64,000 nucleotides of DNA, taken from positions 193,006,001 through 193,070,000 of the forward strand of contig NC_042997.1 of the NCBI RefSeq assembly GCF_006345805.1, read 5' to 3'. Below, piece by piece: positions 49,217 to 62,399 of this stretch (position 1 is its first letter; every line of letters begins with the position of its first letter). Made by a program: the position numbers and the translations under genes. This DNA is from Octopus sinensis. Taxonomy: Eukaryota. Below the pieces are notes generated by a model. It had not been told where the DNA came from and did no database searches. It was given only the letters and a program-made list of their open reading frames with translations.

Positions 49217-52200
49217 CTGCAAATAGAAATTTAAATTGAAATATCATTGGCTATTTTTGATGGGATGAGGTGCAGGTGAAGAGGAATAGTGTTAACTGAT
49301 AATCTGCACGTAAAAAGTACCATCCGTTCGTGGCTGTTGCCAGCCTCGCCTGGCCCCCGTGCCGGTGGCACGTAAAAAGCACCATCCGTCCGTGGCCGTT
49401 TGCCAGCTCCGTCTGGCACCTGTGCGGGTGGCACGTAAAAAGCACCCACTACACTCACGGAGTGGTTGGCGTTAGGAAGGGCATCCAGCTGTAGAAACAC
49501 GGAGTGGTTGGCGTTAGGAAGGGCATCCAGCTGTAGAAACACTGCCAGATCAGACTGGAGCCTGGTGCAGCCTTCTGACTTCACAGACCCCAGTTGAACT
49601 GTCCAACCCATGCTAGCATGGAAAGCGGATGCTAAATGATGATGATGATGTGCAGAAATTACAAGGTATCTTTATCATCTTTTCTTTCAATCACAGGACT
49701 GTGGCCATACTGGGACACCACTCTGAACGCGGAGTCATGTAGTTTGTTAGCAAGCTACTTACCACACAGCCACTCCTACGCCTATAAGATAAATCTCTTT
49801 GAATACAACACTAATCAAGCAGAGACAGATTTTCCTGACGCAGAAATTAAACTCAGCACTGCAAGCCATTTCATTAATTTTCCAGTGTAGCCATTTCCTA
49901 CTATTTTATACTATACAACTAATCTACTATGAAATAAGTAAATGAAGCCATTGAGAACTAAAACAATGCAAAGCTGCTGATATAATATGAAAGCCAAATC
50001 TAGTTGATTGATGTCATATGTGACTCATTCATCCATGGTCTATGAACAGAGAAGACTATAAATATATTAAATCTCATTTAAAAGACTCTATTGTATTTTC
50101 TCATTCATAACCAATGTTAATTATCTATAGCATTAACATATTTGGAATAGACAATTTGGAGACATAAATGAGATATTGTATCAGTTAATTATAATTATAA
50201 GATAATTCCTTTGAAAGAAGCACAATTAGGAGTGCTGAGCAAGACGATGATTTCTGTTTAACCCTTTAACATTCAGATTACATTACCAAATGTAATGCCT
50301 ATTTATTCACTCATCATCATCATCATCATTTAACGTCCACTTTCCATGCTAGCATGGGTTGGACGAATGACTGAGGGCTGGCGAACCAGATGGCTGCACC
50401 AGGCTTCAATCTTGATTAGGCAGAGCTTCTACAGCTGGATGTCCTTCTTAATGCCAACCACTCCGAGAGTGTAGTGGGTGCTTTTATGTGCCAGTCAGAC
50501 GGTACTGGCAACGACCTCGCTCGAATCTTTTTACACATGCCACTGGCAAAGGGGCCAGTAAGGCGATGCTGGTAACGATCACGCTCGAATGGTGTCTTTT
50601 ACATGCCACCGGCACAGAGGCTAGATAGCCGCTCTGGCAACGATTACGCTCAGATGGTGCTCTTTAAGGCAACGCTGGTAACGATCACAATCATGTATTA
50701 TCTTGTAGCTTTGACATCTCAGGGATGTGACTGTTTAGTTTTAAAATGACATTGCAGGATAGGTGTGAAAGACCAGATCTGCCCAATTTGAACATAAAGC
50801 ATGTAGAATATATGGACCTGATGTGGCTGGTTTAAATGATAAAGGGTTGTCTGCAACAGAGTTTTATGTGATACGACTGAATAGCAAAATGTTTCTCTTT
50901 CCATTTTGTTATTACTTCCTCTCACAGAGCAGTTATATCATCATCATCGTTTAACGTCCGTTTTCCATGCTAGCATGGGTTGGACGGTTCAACCAGGGTC
51001 TGGGAAACCAGGAGGCTGCACCAGGCTGCAGTCTGATCTGGCAGTGTTTCTACAGCTGGATGCCCTTCTTAACGCCAATCATTCCGTGAGTGTAGTGGGT
51101 GCTCATTACGTGCCACTGGCACAGGTGCCAGGGGAGGCTGGCAACGGCCACGACAGGATAAATACATAATGCACAAATATGCTGAATAAAAGTTGAACAA
51201 ATCTTTCTACTAGACATTTCAATTCCTGATTTTATATATTTGGTCTAGCCAATAAAGTCATACCCAAGACTGGGTATGACTTTAAACTGCTCGGTCCTCA
51301 TGGGTATAACTTCCAGCTGAATCCAGTACTTGGGCTCTGGTTCAGGAGTTTCAGTGTTTGGAGGAACGTGGAATCACCTGTTTGGATGAACAGACAAGCT
51401 GTCAACAACCAGGGTCAACTGTCCCAGTTATAAAACTATTGCTATCATCTCCATGATGTGTGCAGATGAAATATTTCAGCTTGTGAAAAACCAATGTGAC
51501 TAGAAGCCAGGCCAGACATTCCTGCCTCATTGCTAGGCCAGGACAGCTGATATGGATGAGTTGCATTGGTGTGAGCAAGTTATCTGACCAGACAATGATG
51601 AGTAAAGTCATAGCATGACATTAGAATGTCACAGGCAAACTGGACATCAAAGAAAAATTACCTTGAATTTCTTTAGTAGTGCAGCCCACCTGGTGACAAG
51701 TCATGCACCAAGCAACCTGCTTCTCAAAAAAGGCAGCCAATCCATTAGGGTATGCCTGTAAAGCCTAGTTTATTGAGGATTTTGCTAAGCTAGTCAGCTT
51801 GTAAGACCTGTATCACCAAATTTTCGGTTCCAAAGATAGTTCAGAAAAATGTTATTGATTTTGGGGACATATCTTTAAAGGTAAAATAACTTTCACACTA
51901 AAAATACTAAAATACTGAAATCATAAATTTGTGTCTATCTTTTTAATGTTTGTTAGAAAGGAAAACATTTTGATTAATACCACCTGACTGGCCCTCATGT
52001 CGGTGGCATATAAAAACACCCACTATACTCTTGGAGTGGTTGGTGTTAGGAAGGACATCCAGCTGTAGAAACTCTGCCAGATCAGACTGGAGCCTGGCAC
52101 AGCCATCTGTTTTGCCAGTCCTCAGTCAAATCGTCCAACCCATGCTAGCATGGAAAACGGACGTTAAATGATGATGATGATGATGATGAGTGACACACCT

Positions 52201-52805
52201 AATTACTGTTACTTCTTTATTAAATGACCGTTTTCCATGCTGACATGGGTTGGACAGTTCAACAGGAGTTGGCAAGCAAGAGGACTGCACCACACTCTAA
52301 TGTCTGCTTTAGTAAAATCCCCACAGTCGGTGTCCTTTGTGATAATGATGACGTCTATTAGGTGTCCACTTCTCTACGTAAGAGCATATGACAAGGGTAT
52401 ACTGGAACTGAATGGAGTCTGTAGAGCAGTGGTTTTCAACCGGGGTTCCGCCAGTACAGTCCTGGGTTCCGCAAGAAGTTACAAAACTGCTAAAATCAGC
52501 AGTAATTTTTAATTCTCTTGTGCAGATATGTGTGCATAAGACTATTAAATTATTGCACAGGGGTTCCTCGAGCCAGTGGAATGTTTCCTTGGGGTTCCGC
52601 TCCAGCAAAAAGTTTGAAAAGCACTGCTGTAGAGACACAACAACCACAACAGTACACTTCTTGATCTTACGCTCTAATTAGCTTTGATTGCCATCCAAAA
52701 CGAATGCCACAGTGATTGTAGGTTTTCAGACACATAACAGATGCAAACTACTGCAAAGAGAAGTAAGCTAGAACAAATGAAACAATAAGGAAGAAATTAT
52801 GTTAC

Positions 52806-52857
52806 CTTTTTTCTCAAATTTTGTGAATCCAATACCATTTTCATTTACATGAAGCAT
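52806..52857 (-). CDS. ENKD1: ENKD1 probable first coding exon (exon 52806-52903 including 5' UTR)
   Basis: MLHVNENGIGFTKFEKK+G, phase-1 donor |GTAACA matching the next exon. Total CDS 810 nt (269 aa). In-frame TGA at 52876-78 upstream of the ATG. Confidence 0.6.
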
Positions 52858-53100
52858 AATGTATGCAAAACTGTGTCAGTTCTCGTTTGATGCTTGTATC
52901 TTTCTAGAATAGAAACAGTGACAAAGTTAATTTAGCCATCGCTTTCATAATTAACTCGTTATTGATTTTTTATTAATTAGCCAACATACTGTTAGGAAAA
53001 GAGGAATGTCTAGAATAATGGATGGTCAGTGGCTTCAGTAAACAAAGCCAGTCCGCACAATAAATGTGTGAATGTATAACTTCCAAGTTGAAGCAAAAGA

Positions 53101-53808
53101 TAAGAGAGATGGTGAGTAGAGGTAAGAGACACAGTGAGGAGAGGTAAGAGACACAGTGAGTAGAGATAAGAGAGATGGTGAGTAGAGGTAAGAGAGGTGA
53201 TGAGTAGAGGTAAGAGAGGTGATGAGTTGAGGTAAGAGAGACAGTGAGTAGAGGTAAGACAGATGATGAGTAGAGGTAAGAGAGACAGTGACTAGAGGTA
53301 AGAGAGGTGATGAGTAGAGGTAAGAGAGACGGTGAGTAGAGGTAAGAGAGACGGTGAGTAGAGGTAAGAGAGACGGTGAGTAGAGGTAAGAGAGACGGTG
53401 AGTAGAGGTAAGAGAGACAGTGAGTAGAGGTAAGAGATACGGTGAGTAGAGGTAAGAGAGGTGATGAGTAGAGGTAAGAGAGGTGATGAGTTGAGGTAAG
53501 AGAGACAGTGAGTAGAGGTAAGACAGACGGTGAGTAGAGGTAAGACAGATGGTGAGTAGAGGTAAGAGAGGTGATGAGTAGAGGTAAGAGAGACGGTGAG
53601 TAGAGGTAAGAGACGGTGAGTAGAGGTAAGAGACGGTGAGTAGAGGTAAGAGACGGTGAGTAGAGGTAAGAGAGACGGTGAGTAGAGGTAAGAGAGATGG
53701 TAACTAGAGGTAAGAGAGGTGATGAGTAGAGGTAAGAGAGATAGCAAGTAGAGGTAAGAGAGACAGTGAGTAGAGGTAAGAGAGATGGTGAGTAGAGGTA
53801 AGAGAGAT
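53101..53808. repeat. Purine-rich minisatellite, ~21-24-bp unit GAGTAGAGGTAAGAGAGACGGT, about 30 copies
   Basis: Direct reading; length variants ..AGAGAGGTGAT and ..AGACGGT. Confidence 0.95.
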
Positions 53809-54427
53809 GATATTGTGGTTCACCTATCGCACACTCAGTACACTGTGGATTTTTCTGGCTAATATATGTAAATTTATATTGTGGACTCCTCAGTATATCA
53901 GGGTTTCTGTGGCTAAAGCTATTTATATTTTTTTAGATTCTTAATATTTCTGTGGGAGGTTTTGGAACGTAACACCCGTGATAGTCAAGGGATTGCTGTA
54001 TATGTGCGTGTGTATTTATTAGATAATAAAACGTATGGTATACCTGGTAGCTCACTGGTAAACTATGTTCACTTTCACAATGCTCGTTGTGTATTTGGTT
54101 AACGAGGGAAGATGGAAGATACAAGAACTTTTATTATTATTGATCTTCTGTATAAATGAAGTTATATCCTATAATTTGCTGCTTTTCTTTACATGAACTA
54201 AGAAGATACTGTGCGGAACTGTCGTTGCTTTAGCGAGTTACTCTTTTACTTGTTTCAGGCATTTGACTGCGGCCATGCTGGAGCACCGCCTTTTAGTCGA
54301 GCAAATCGACCCCAGGACTTATTCTTTGTAAGCCTAGTACTTATTCTATCGGTCTCTTTGCCAAACCGGTAAGTTACCAGGACATAAACACACTAGCATC
54401 GGTTGTCAAGCGATGTTGGGAGGACAA

Positions 54428-54466
<39 letters not shown>

Positions 54467-56825
54467 CAGCGGGCTTCTTCAGTTTCCATCAATCAAATCC
54501 ACTCACAAGGCTTTGGTCGGCCCGAAGCTATAGTAGAAGACATTTGCCCAATGTGCCATGCAGTGGGACTGAACTTGGAGGCATGTGGTTCGTAAGCAAG
54601 CTACTTACCACCCAAAGAGACACATCTACACCGACAGACACTCCTAAACCAGTTGCTAAGTATCCCATCCACGAGGGATCGAAACGATTGTAGTGACTGG
54701 TAAAAATTCTTGTATCTTCCATCTCTCTCATTAACCCAATACACACACACAATATTATGATAATGACTAACAGAAAACCGGTCGCAGAAAGTAGTGTTAC
54801 TTCTGGTGTAAATAATTTAAATTACGAAAACTTATTTAGTACTTATTTCTGTATTCAATAAATCAAGCATAATTATAAGACTTCATATTTAAAACTTCAG
54901 TTTGTGTGCCGTATTTCTTTTTTATTTCCCCACAGCCTAAATATTTTATATATTTTGCAGCACAACGTATGAGGACTAATTCTATAGGCTCGTATATTTA
55001 TATTTTCTCAAGTCTAAAAAAGACATACTCCCTTCTTTTCTAAACATGTCCATGCAAGAAATAGTTCGCATGCATGTTAGGATTGTTTGAGAATGTCTCT
55101 GCAGGTTTGAGTGTGAGTTATGAAGAGTTTGTCTTTGTTTTAAAAAAAAATACAAGCATATAAAAATGTTATGATGCTGAAAACAAAACAAAACGAAATA
55201 AAAATCCATCAAACAGTCGCTTCTGTAATTTAAGAAAAAAAAAAGTATTATCTGAAATGTTATGATACATAAAACTTTATATGCCATCATATAAAAGTAT
55301 TTTAAGTTCAAAGATGGGTTTAAGTGCCAGTTCTTTAATAACCACAATTCTATGGGAGCGTATGAACAAATTTCCAGTTGGGTATCGCATACAACATTTC
55401 CTTATGATACGATACCATTCTGGAGCAACGGCAATACAGAATCAAAGGTTCTGTCGAAAAACGCAATGTAACGTCTACAGCAGATATGAACTCCGGTTCT
55501 AAACCAACAGGTGGTCAAACATAACAATCTTTGGTCAGCTTGCTTCTGAGGTCCTTTATGTTGGTGGAGAGGACGTTTATTTTTCTGAGTTTTTTATTGT
55601 CTTGTCAACAGGGACCACACTAATCCCCTCGAAATCCATTGAAAGGCTCTCAGAAGGCACATCCTTACAGTTTATTTTTCAATTTGTTTATTCTATTTTA
55701 TTTTTCTTTCTTTTTTGGATAAAAGATTTTATAACAGAATAATATAGAAAGACAAAAGATAACGCCTTTAGTTGGAGAGGCTAGGAAGGTAAAGGAGGAA
55801 TATGAAATATTGTAATTGAATAAATTAAGGTAAATTAAGAGAGAATGTTTGAACGAATGATAATAATACAGCAAGCGGGGAGAAAAATTGGTAAATTTAT
55901 TCATTCATTTTGTAGAATCTAAATCTTAAGTTCGAAACATAAAAATAAAGAAGACTGTTTTAAAGAAAATAGTTGGGGTGGAAATCCACGCTTTAAATGA
56001 ATAGGGCCAGAAAATATGGTCAATTGACTGAACCTCTTCCTTAGTATTTGTTTTATCGACTCCTTAGGTGATCAAAGTCCAACCCTGTTAACATTCGATT
56101 TGATAACACAAACTATCACAACAGACTCTCTCTCTCTCTCTTTTTCTAAGCTTCTACACATGTATTGATTTATTTTTGCTTAAGCAAACGAACTTAAATG
56201 GGAATGGCTGGCTATATTTAACTTGAGTGAACCCCAGTATAATTCTGACATTTGTTGCAACAGTTGCAGACAGAATGCAAAGTCGACTCTGTCAGAATTT
56301 AGCCCCAAATCTGTGAGGCACAAAACTTTGATACTGCTAAGAACCTACAAAGTACAACGCAAATGCGCCAAATTTTCATGTAATCTAACTGATTCTAAAA
56401 GATCGCTAAGATGATATACACAATGAAAGAAAAATAGGAAACAAGCATAACATGTAGATATAGAAAAATTTAAAAGAGTTCAGTACTTAGTCTCTGGTGT
56501 GAGTGTCTTGTTCTGAGTCACAACTTCTTTTACTTTATTTCTTAATATTTCCCTTTTTCTTTTTTCGTCTCAGCTAAGGCACATCCCACCGACAGATGCG
56601 AAAGACATGTTGTTATGGCAGTGTTGTCACGATACGAACTTAATAAAACTTTTTCCGGTGTAACGGATTAATTTTTTTTTTTAAAGTAGTATAACAATTT
56701 TTACAATATTTAAACTACTATATGTATTTTCGTGTTTCGGTTTAAAAGCATATATTTTACTTTAAAAAATTATTTATGTTTCATAACTTTGATCTAATCA
56801 TTATTATTTTCTTGTACTTTTTCCC

Positions 56826-56839
56826 GTTGCTATAGAAAC
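56826..56839. promoter_or_regulatory. RFX X-box
   Basis: GTTGCTATAGAAAC fits GTHNYY-AT-RRNAAC; lies upstream of the cilia-associated gene ENKD1. Confidence 0.6.
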
Positions 56840-56849
56840 CGACTGCGGG

Positions 56850-56864
56850 ATGGCCTGTAAACAG
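56850..56864 (+). CDS. Candidate first micro-exon (MACKQ) of a divergent gene
   Basis: ATG 11 bp after the X-box; strong donor CAG|GTAATT, phase 0. Confidence 0.35.
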
Positions 56865-57889
56865 GTAATTCTGCCCAATTAATATTAATTGCTCTTAGGA
56901 TGTTATCGAGCTATCGGTTATATCTGGTATAGCTAATAACTTCTTTTCATTGCTATTTTGAATATCAGTGAGTATTAATTTTGCTCTGATTATTTGTTTC
57001 CATTTCATACACAGACAAATGTTATATGTTTTGTTAAAAGCACTCAGTTAAAATGGAATAGTTTTATATATTTATTTATGATACACTCCACCGTCTCTTA
57101 GAGTTTTTCTCTTCGCCTGCGATCTTTTTGGGCCCTTAGAATCGATCGCACGATAGCCACAGAATGAATCATCGACCTCCGATGAATACACACGCACGCG
57201 CACACAGGCACAGACACACACACACGAAGGTTTGGGTGTAACAAATAGAGCAGAGTTATCGATACATGTAGCAAGGTTTCATCATCATCATCATCATCAT
57301 CGTTTAACGTCCGCTTTCCATGCTAGCATGGGTTGGACGGTTCGACCGGGGTCTGGGAAGCCAAAAGGCTACACCAGGCTCCAGTCTGATCTGGCAGTGT
57401 TTCTACAGCTGGATGCCCTTCCTAACGCCAACCACTCCGTGAGTGTAGTGGCTGCTTTTTATGTGCCAGGCGTGGCTGGCAATGGCCACGATCGGTTGGT
57501 GCTTTTTACGTGCCACTGGCACGGAAACCAGTGAAGGTGGTGCTGGTATCGGCCACGTTCGGATGGTGCTTTTTACATGTCACCGGCACAGGTATCACAA
57601 CTACAATTTCCATTTGATTTTTTTGATGTTGATGGACTTGACTCAATAAGTCTCCTCAAGGGTCGAAACAGTGTTTCTTTACATGGAACCTTGCACAGGA
57701 GTCAGTGCAGTGGCACTGGCAACGACCTCGCTCGAATGTTTTGTTCACGTGCCAGTAAGGCGACGCTGGTAACGATCAGGCTCAAAAGGTGCTTATTTCT
57801 GAAATTGTTTTGCAAGACTCCTGAAATCGTAGTGTGATACTGATACATTTCGGGACAGTCACTTTATTCTTGCCAAATAAACACACACG

Positions 57890-57954
<65 letters not shown>

Positions 57955-59338
57955 TCATCATCATCATCCTCGTTTAACGTCCGCTTTCCATGCTAGCATG
58001 GGTTGGACGGTTCAACTGGGGCCTGGGGAGCCCGAAGGCTGCATCAGGCCAGTCAGATCTGGCAGTGTTTCTACAGCTGGATGCCCTTCCTAACGCCAAC
58101 CACTCCGAGAGTGTAGTGGGTGATTTTATGTGCCACCGACACAGGTGCCAGACGAGGCTTGCGAACGGCCACGCTCGGATGGTGTTTTTTATGTGCCACC
58201 GACACAAGTGCCAGACGAGGCTGGCAGATATATATATATTCGTTCTTCACTTATTATTGTTCTTATTTTATGTCCATTGTCTGGAAGTCTTTCGTCACAC
58301 ACCTGTGACCTCTTCAGCGACTCTCCATCCCACGTGGCTCCTCCTCCTGTTCTGTTTAGTCCATTCTGTCTTCCTATGATGTGTTTATTTATCTGCACAA
58401 GCGTTTGCGCGTGCGCGGACATGTATGTGTTGCTATGTGTTTTGTATGTGTTGTTTTGTGCATATGTATGAGTTTGCTTACCATACTGTTTGTTTCCATG
58501 CCCTTTATTTATTTATATATCTCTCTATCCCCCCCCCCCCGTTTTATCTCAGGCATGTGTATGTGTGTCGTTTGTTTGTGTCTATATGGGTTTATGTATT
58601 ATGCTGTTTGTATCTGTCTAATACCCCCACCCCATTCTGTCTTTAGTTGTCATGTTCCAGACAATGGACATAAAATAAGGACGATAATAAACAAGTGAAG
58701 AACAAATATATACTGCGCTATAGGTGCAGGAGTGGCTGTGTGGTAAGCAGCTTGCTTACGAACTACATGGTTCTGGGTTCATTCCCATTGTGTGGCACCT
58801 TGGGCAAGAGTCTTCTACTATAGCCTCGGGCCGACCAAAGCCTTGTGAGTGGATTTGGTAGACTGAAACTGAAGGAAGCACATCGTATATGTGTGTGTGT
58901 ATATAAATATATATATGTGTGTGTATGTTTGCGTGTCTGTGTTTGTCTCCCTAACATCGCTTGACAACCGATGGTGGTGTGTTTACGTCCCCGTAACTTA
59001 GCGGTTCAGCAAAAGACACCAATTATTAATTGGAGGAGATAGTGTTAGTTGAAGGCTACCAAACCTGCCATACACAGACAATTTCAGCTTTATATATAGA
59101 GAGACTATTATTACAGAATTGTAAGGAGGTGGGTAAATGAATCTTATTGCAGATATCATAAACATATCCCATGAATCTCTCCAACTAATCTTAAATGAAC
59201 TGCAGCTTCTTTTTGTTTTTGTTTTTTTGTTGTTTTTTTTCAGTTTCCTCATGTAATTTATTTTTATTGACATAATTGTCGGTTGTTTAAAAAAATGAAT
59301 GTTTCACACATTGGCAATTTCTCTTGTTTACTTTTCAG

Positions 59339-59386
59339 TTATTAAGATGTTCATCTCTCAAAGATAAAATTTTTTATATCCATTCA
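59339..59386 (+). CDS. Candidate second exon (LLRCSSLKDKIFYIHS) of the divergent gene
   Basis: Polypyrimidine acceptor CTTGTTTACTTTTCAG|, donor |GTATGG, 48 nt, phase 0-0. Confidence 0.35.
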
Positions 59387-59508
59387 GTATGGATTGCAAA
59401 TTAAATCAAATCTCTATGATAATTTTTCAGTCACTAGAGCATCCAAGCCATCAATAATGATGGCAGATGTTTTACTAAACTTTTTAAAATTTACAACATT
59501 TTGGTCTG

Positions 59509-59540
<32 letters not shown>

Positions 59541-59720
59541 GTCGTTGTTGTCATCATCATCATTGTCATCATCATCGCCATCGTCATCATCATCATTCTC
59601 ATCATCGTCATCGTTATCATTGTAATCATCATCATCATTGTCGTCGTCATCATCATTATTGTCACCATCATCATCATCATCATTGTCATTGTCATTGTCA
59701 TCATTATCATCATCATCATT
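59509..59720. repeat. Imperfect (CAT)n microsatellite
   Basis: Direct reading; source of the poly-I/H/D/M pseudo-ORFs. Confidence 0.95.
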
Positions 59721-59723
59721 GTT

Positions 59724-59950
59724 GTGGAGGTGCATGGCTTAATGGTTAGAGTGTTGGACTCATGGTCATAGGATTGTGGTTTCGATTCCTGGGCTGGGTG
59801 ACACGTGTTCTTGGGCAAAACACTTCGTTTCACGTTATTCTAGTCCACTCAGCTGGCAAAAATGAGTAACCCTGCAACTGACCAGCGTCCCATCCAGATG
59901 GGGAATTTTTTGCCATGGAAACCAAGAAAGCAGCCCTATGTGTCTATATG
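59724..59950 (+). mobile_element. Family C SINE (decayed)
   Basis: GTGGAGGTGCATGGCTTAATGGTTAG..GGTTTCGATTCCTGGG head. Confidence 0.7.
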
Positions 59951-60364
59951 ACTTGGGAAGGAACTTAAAACTTTAAAAAATGTTCATGCTCCATGCTGAT
60001 ATGGGTCGGATTTTGACATGGATCCACTGAGTCAAAGGACTGCATCATGCTTCAGTGTCTGCTTTGGCGTGGTTTCTGTGACTGGATATCCTGCCTAAAA
60101 ACCAACCACTTTACAGTGTGTACTGGGTCCTTTTTACATAACACCAGTGCTTTTGAGGTGACCATGTAGCTTGCAAGTCAACTAGGAGTGGCTGTGTGAC
60201 AAGTAGCTTGCTTACCAATCACATGGTTCTGGGTTCAGTTCCACTGGGTGGCACCTTGGGCACGTGTCTTCTACTATAGTCTTGGACTGACCAAAACCTT
60301 GTGAGTGGATTTGGTAGATGGAAACTGAAAGAAGCCCATTGTATATATATATATATATATATAC

Positions 60365-60494
<130 letters not shown>

Positions 60495-60501
60495 TATATA
60501 T

Positions 60502-60534
<33 letters not shown>

Positions 60535-62399
60535 TTGTGTGTCTGTGTTTGTCCCCCCGACATCGTTTGACAACCGATGCTGGCGTGTTTACGTCCTCGT
60601 TACTTAGCGGTTTGGCAAAACCGATAGAATAAGTACTAGGCTTACAAAGAATAAGTCCTGGAGTCAATTTGTTCAACTAAAGGCAGTGCTCCAGCATGGC
60701 CACAGTCAAATGACTGAAACAAAAGAGTAAAAGAGTAAACCCACAAAGAGGAGGTGCTGCATCTGTATTATGTTAGGATGGGGGTAGAGAAATTTGTTGT
60801 TGTAGAGGAGCTTCGTGGCTACTCACATTTAGTAGAAAGCAAGAGAATGAAGAAGGCGAGCTGGCAGAAACGTTAGCACGCCGGGCAAATTGCTTAGCGG
60901 TATTTCATCTGCCGTTACGTTCTGAGTTCAAATTCCGCCGAGGTCGACTTTGCCTTTCATCCTCTCGGGGTCAATTAAATAAGTACTAGTTACGCACTGG
61001 GGTTGATATTATCAACTTAATCCCTTTGTCTGTCCTTGTTTGTCCCCTCTATGTTTAGCCCCTTGTGGGCAATAAAGAAATAAGAAAGCAAGAGAATGAA
61101 TTAGAAGCATGTCCAAGGAGATAGGCAGTGGTGATGAGGTGTCCAGGTAACACCTCATGTAGCAGGAGCAGTAGTAAAGGAAGTGGGGGCGTATCAAGAG
61201 GGTATAAGGAAAAGGGAGAGGGAGATAGGCAATATCTGTAAAGATCGGTGAAGGATTAGCCCATATTAAGTTGTATTTGGTTTATTTACTCTTTTACTTG
61301 TTTCAGTCATTTGACTGTGGCCATGCTGGAGCAACTGAAATAAAGATTAACAAGATGCAAAATAGTGCTTGTTGTATTTATTTAACCATTGTATTTGGTT
61401 TATTTACAGCAATAAAGGTTAACTGGATGCTTACGTATTTTTGTTATCCCTATTTATATAACCATCTTCAAAATTTCAACAAATCACAAAATTAAAAACC
61501 TGGGTTAGAATGGGTTAAGGGGTACAATGTACATGAATTAAGGAGGCTACAGTGATGCTGGCCTCAGGGCAGTAATGATGATATCATTACCAGTTGGGCA
61601 GAGGAGAGATAATTTGGTGGTCTGGGAAGAGGATGATGGCCATTGTAACATGTGGTGGGGAGAACAATATAAATAGGTGAAGAATAAGTGAAGGTGGCGA
61701 GTTGGCAGAAACGTTAGCACACCGGGCGAAATGCGTAGCTGTATTTCGTCTGCGTTACGTTCTGAGTTCAAATTCCACCAAGGTTGACTTTGCCTTTCAT
61801 ACTTTCGGGGTCGATAAATTAAGTACCAGTTACGCACTGGGGTTGATGTAATCGACTTAATCCATTTGTCTGTCCTTGTTTGTCCCCTCTGTGTTTAGCC
61901 CCTTGTGGGTAGAAAACAAATAGGTGAAGAATGGCCAACAAGTGAGTGGGATGGTTTTGGGCAGCAAGAGAGAAAAATGGTATTGGGATAGTGGGAAGAA
62001 CTGTAGTAGTGGTGGAAGGAAGGGTGACTTGAGGGTGGAGGACTGATTGAGGTGCTCGCTCTCTCTCTCTCCTCTCTCTCTCTCTCTTTCATACACACAC
62101 ACATACACAAAATACATATATTTCTTTACTACCCACAAGGGGCTAAACAGCTAAACACAGAGGGGACAAACAAGGACAGACAAAGGGATTAAGTCAATTA
62201 TATCGACCCCAGTGCATAACTGGTACTTAATTTATCGACCCCGAAAGGATGAAAGGCAAAGTCGACCTCAGTGGAATTTGAACTCGGAATGTAACGACAG
62301 ATGAAATACAGCTATGCATTTCACCCGCCAAGCACTAAAAGCACAAGGGACTTAAACTCACTGAAATACCCAGGAGGCTCCCTTGTGGTAGTTGATAGT

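Noticed and set aside
51290-51740. Possible DIRS-like RT/RNase H remnant
   Set aside because: Only vague motif resemblance with stops; not supportable without a search.
59394-59833. Poly-Ile/His/Asp/Met ORFs
   Set aside because: Translations of an imperfect (CAT)n tract.
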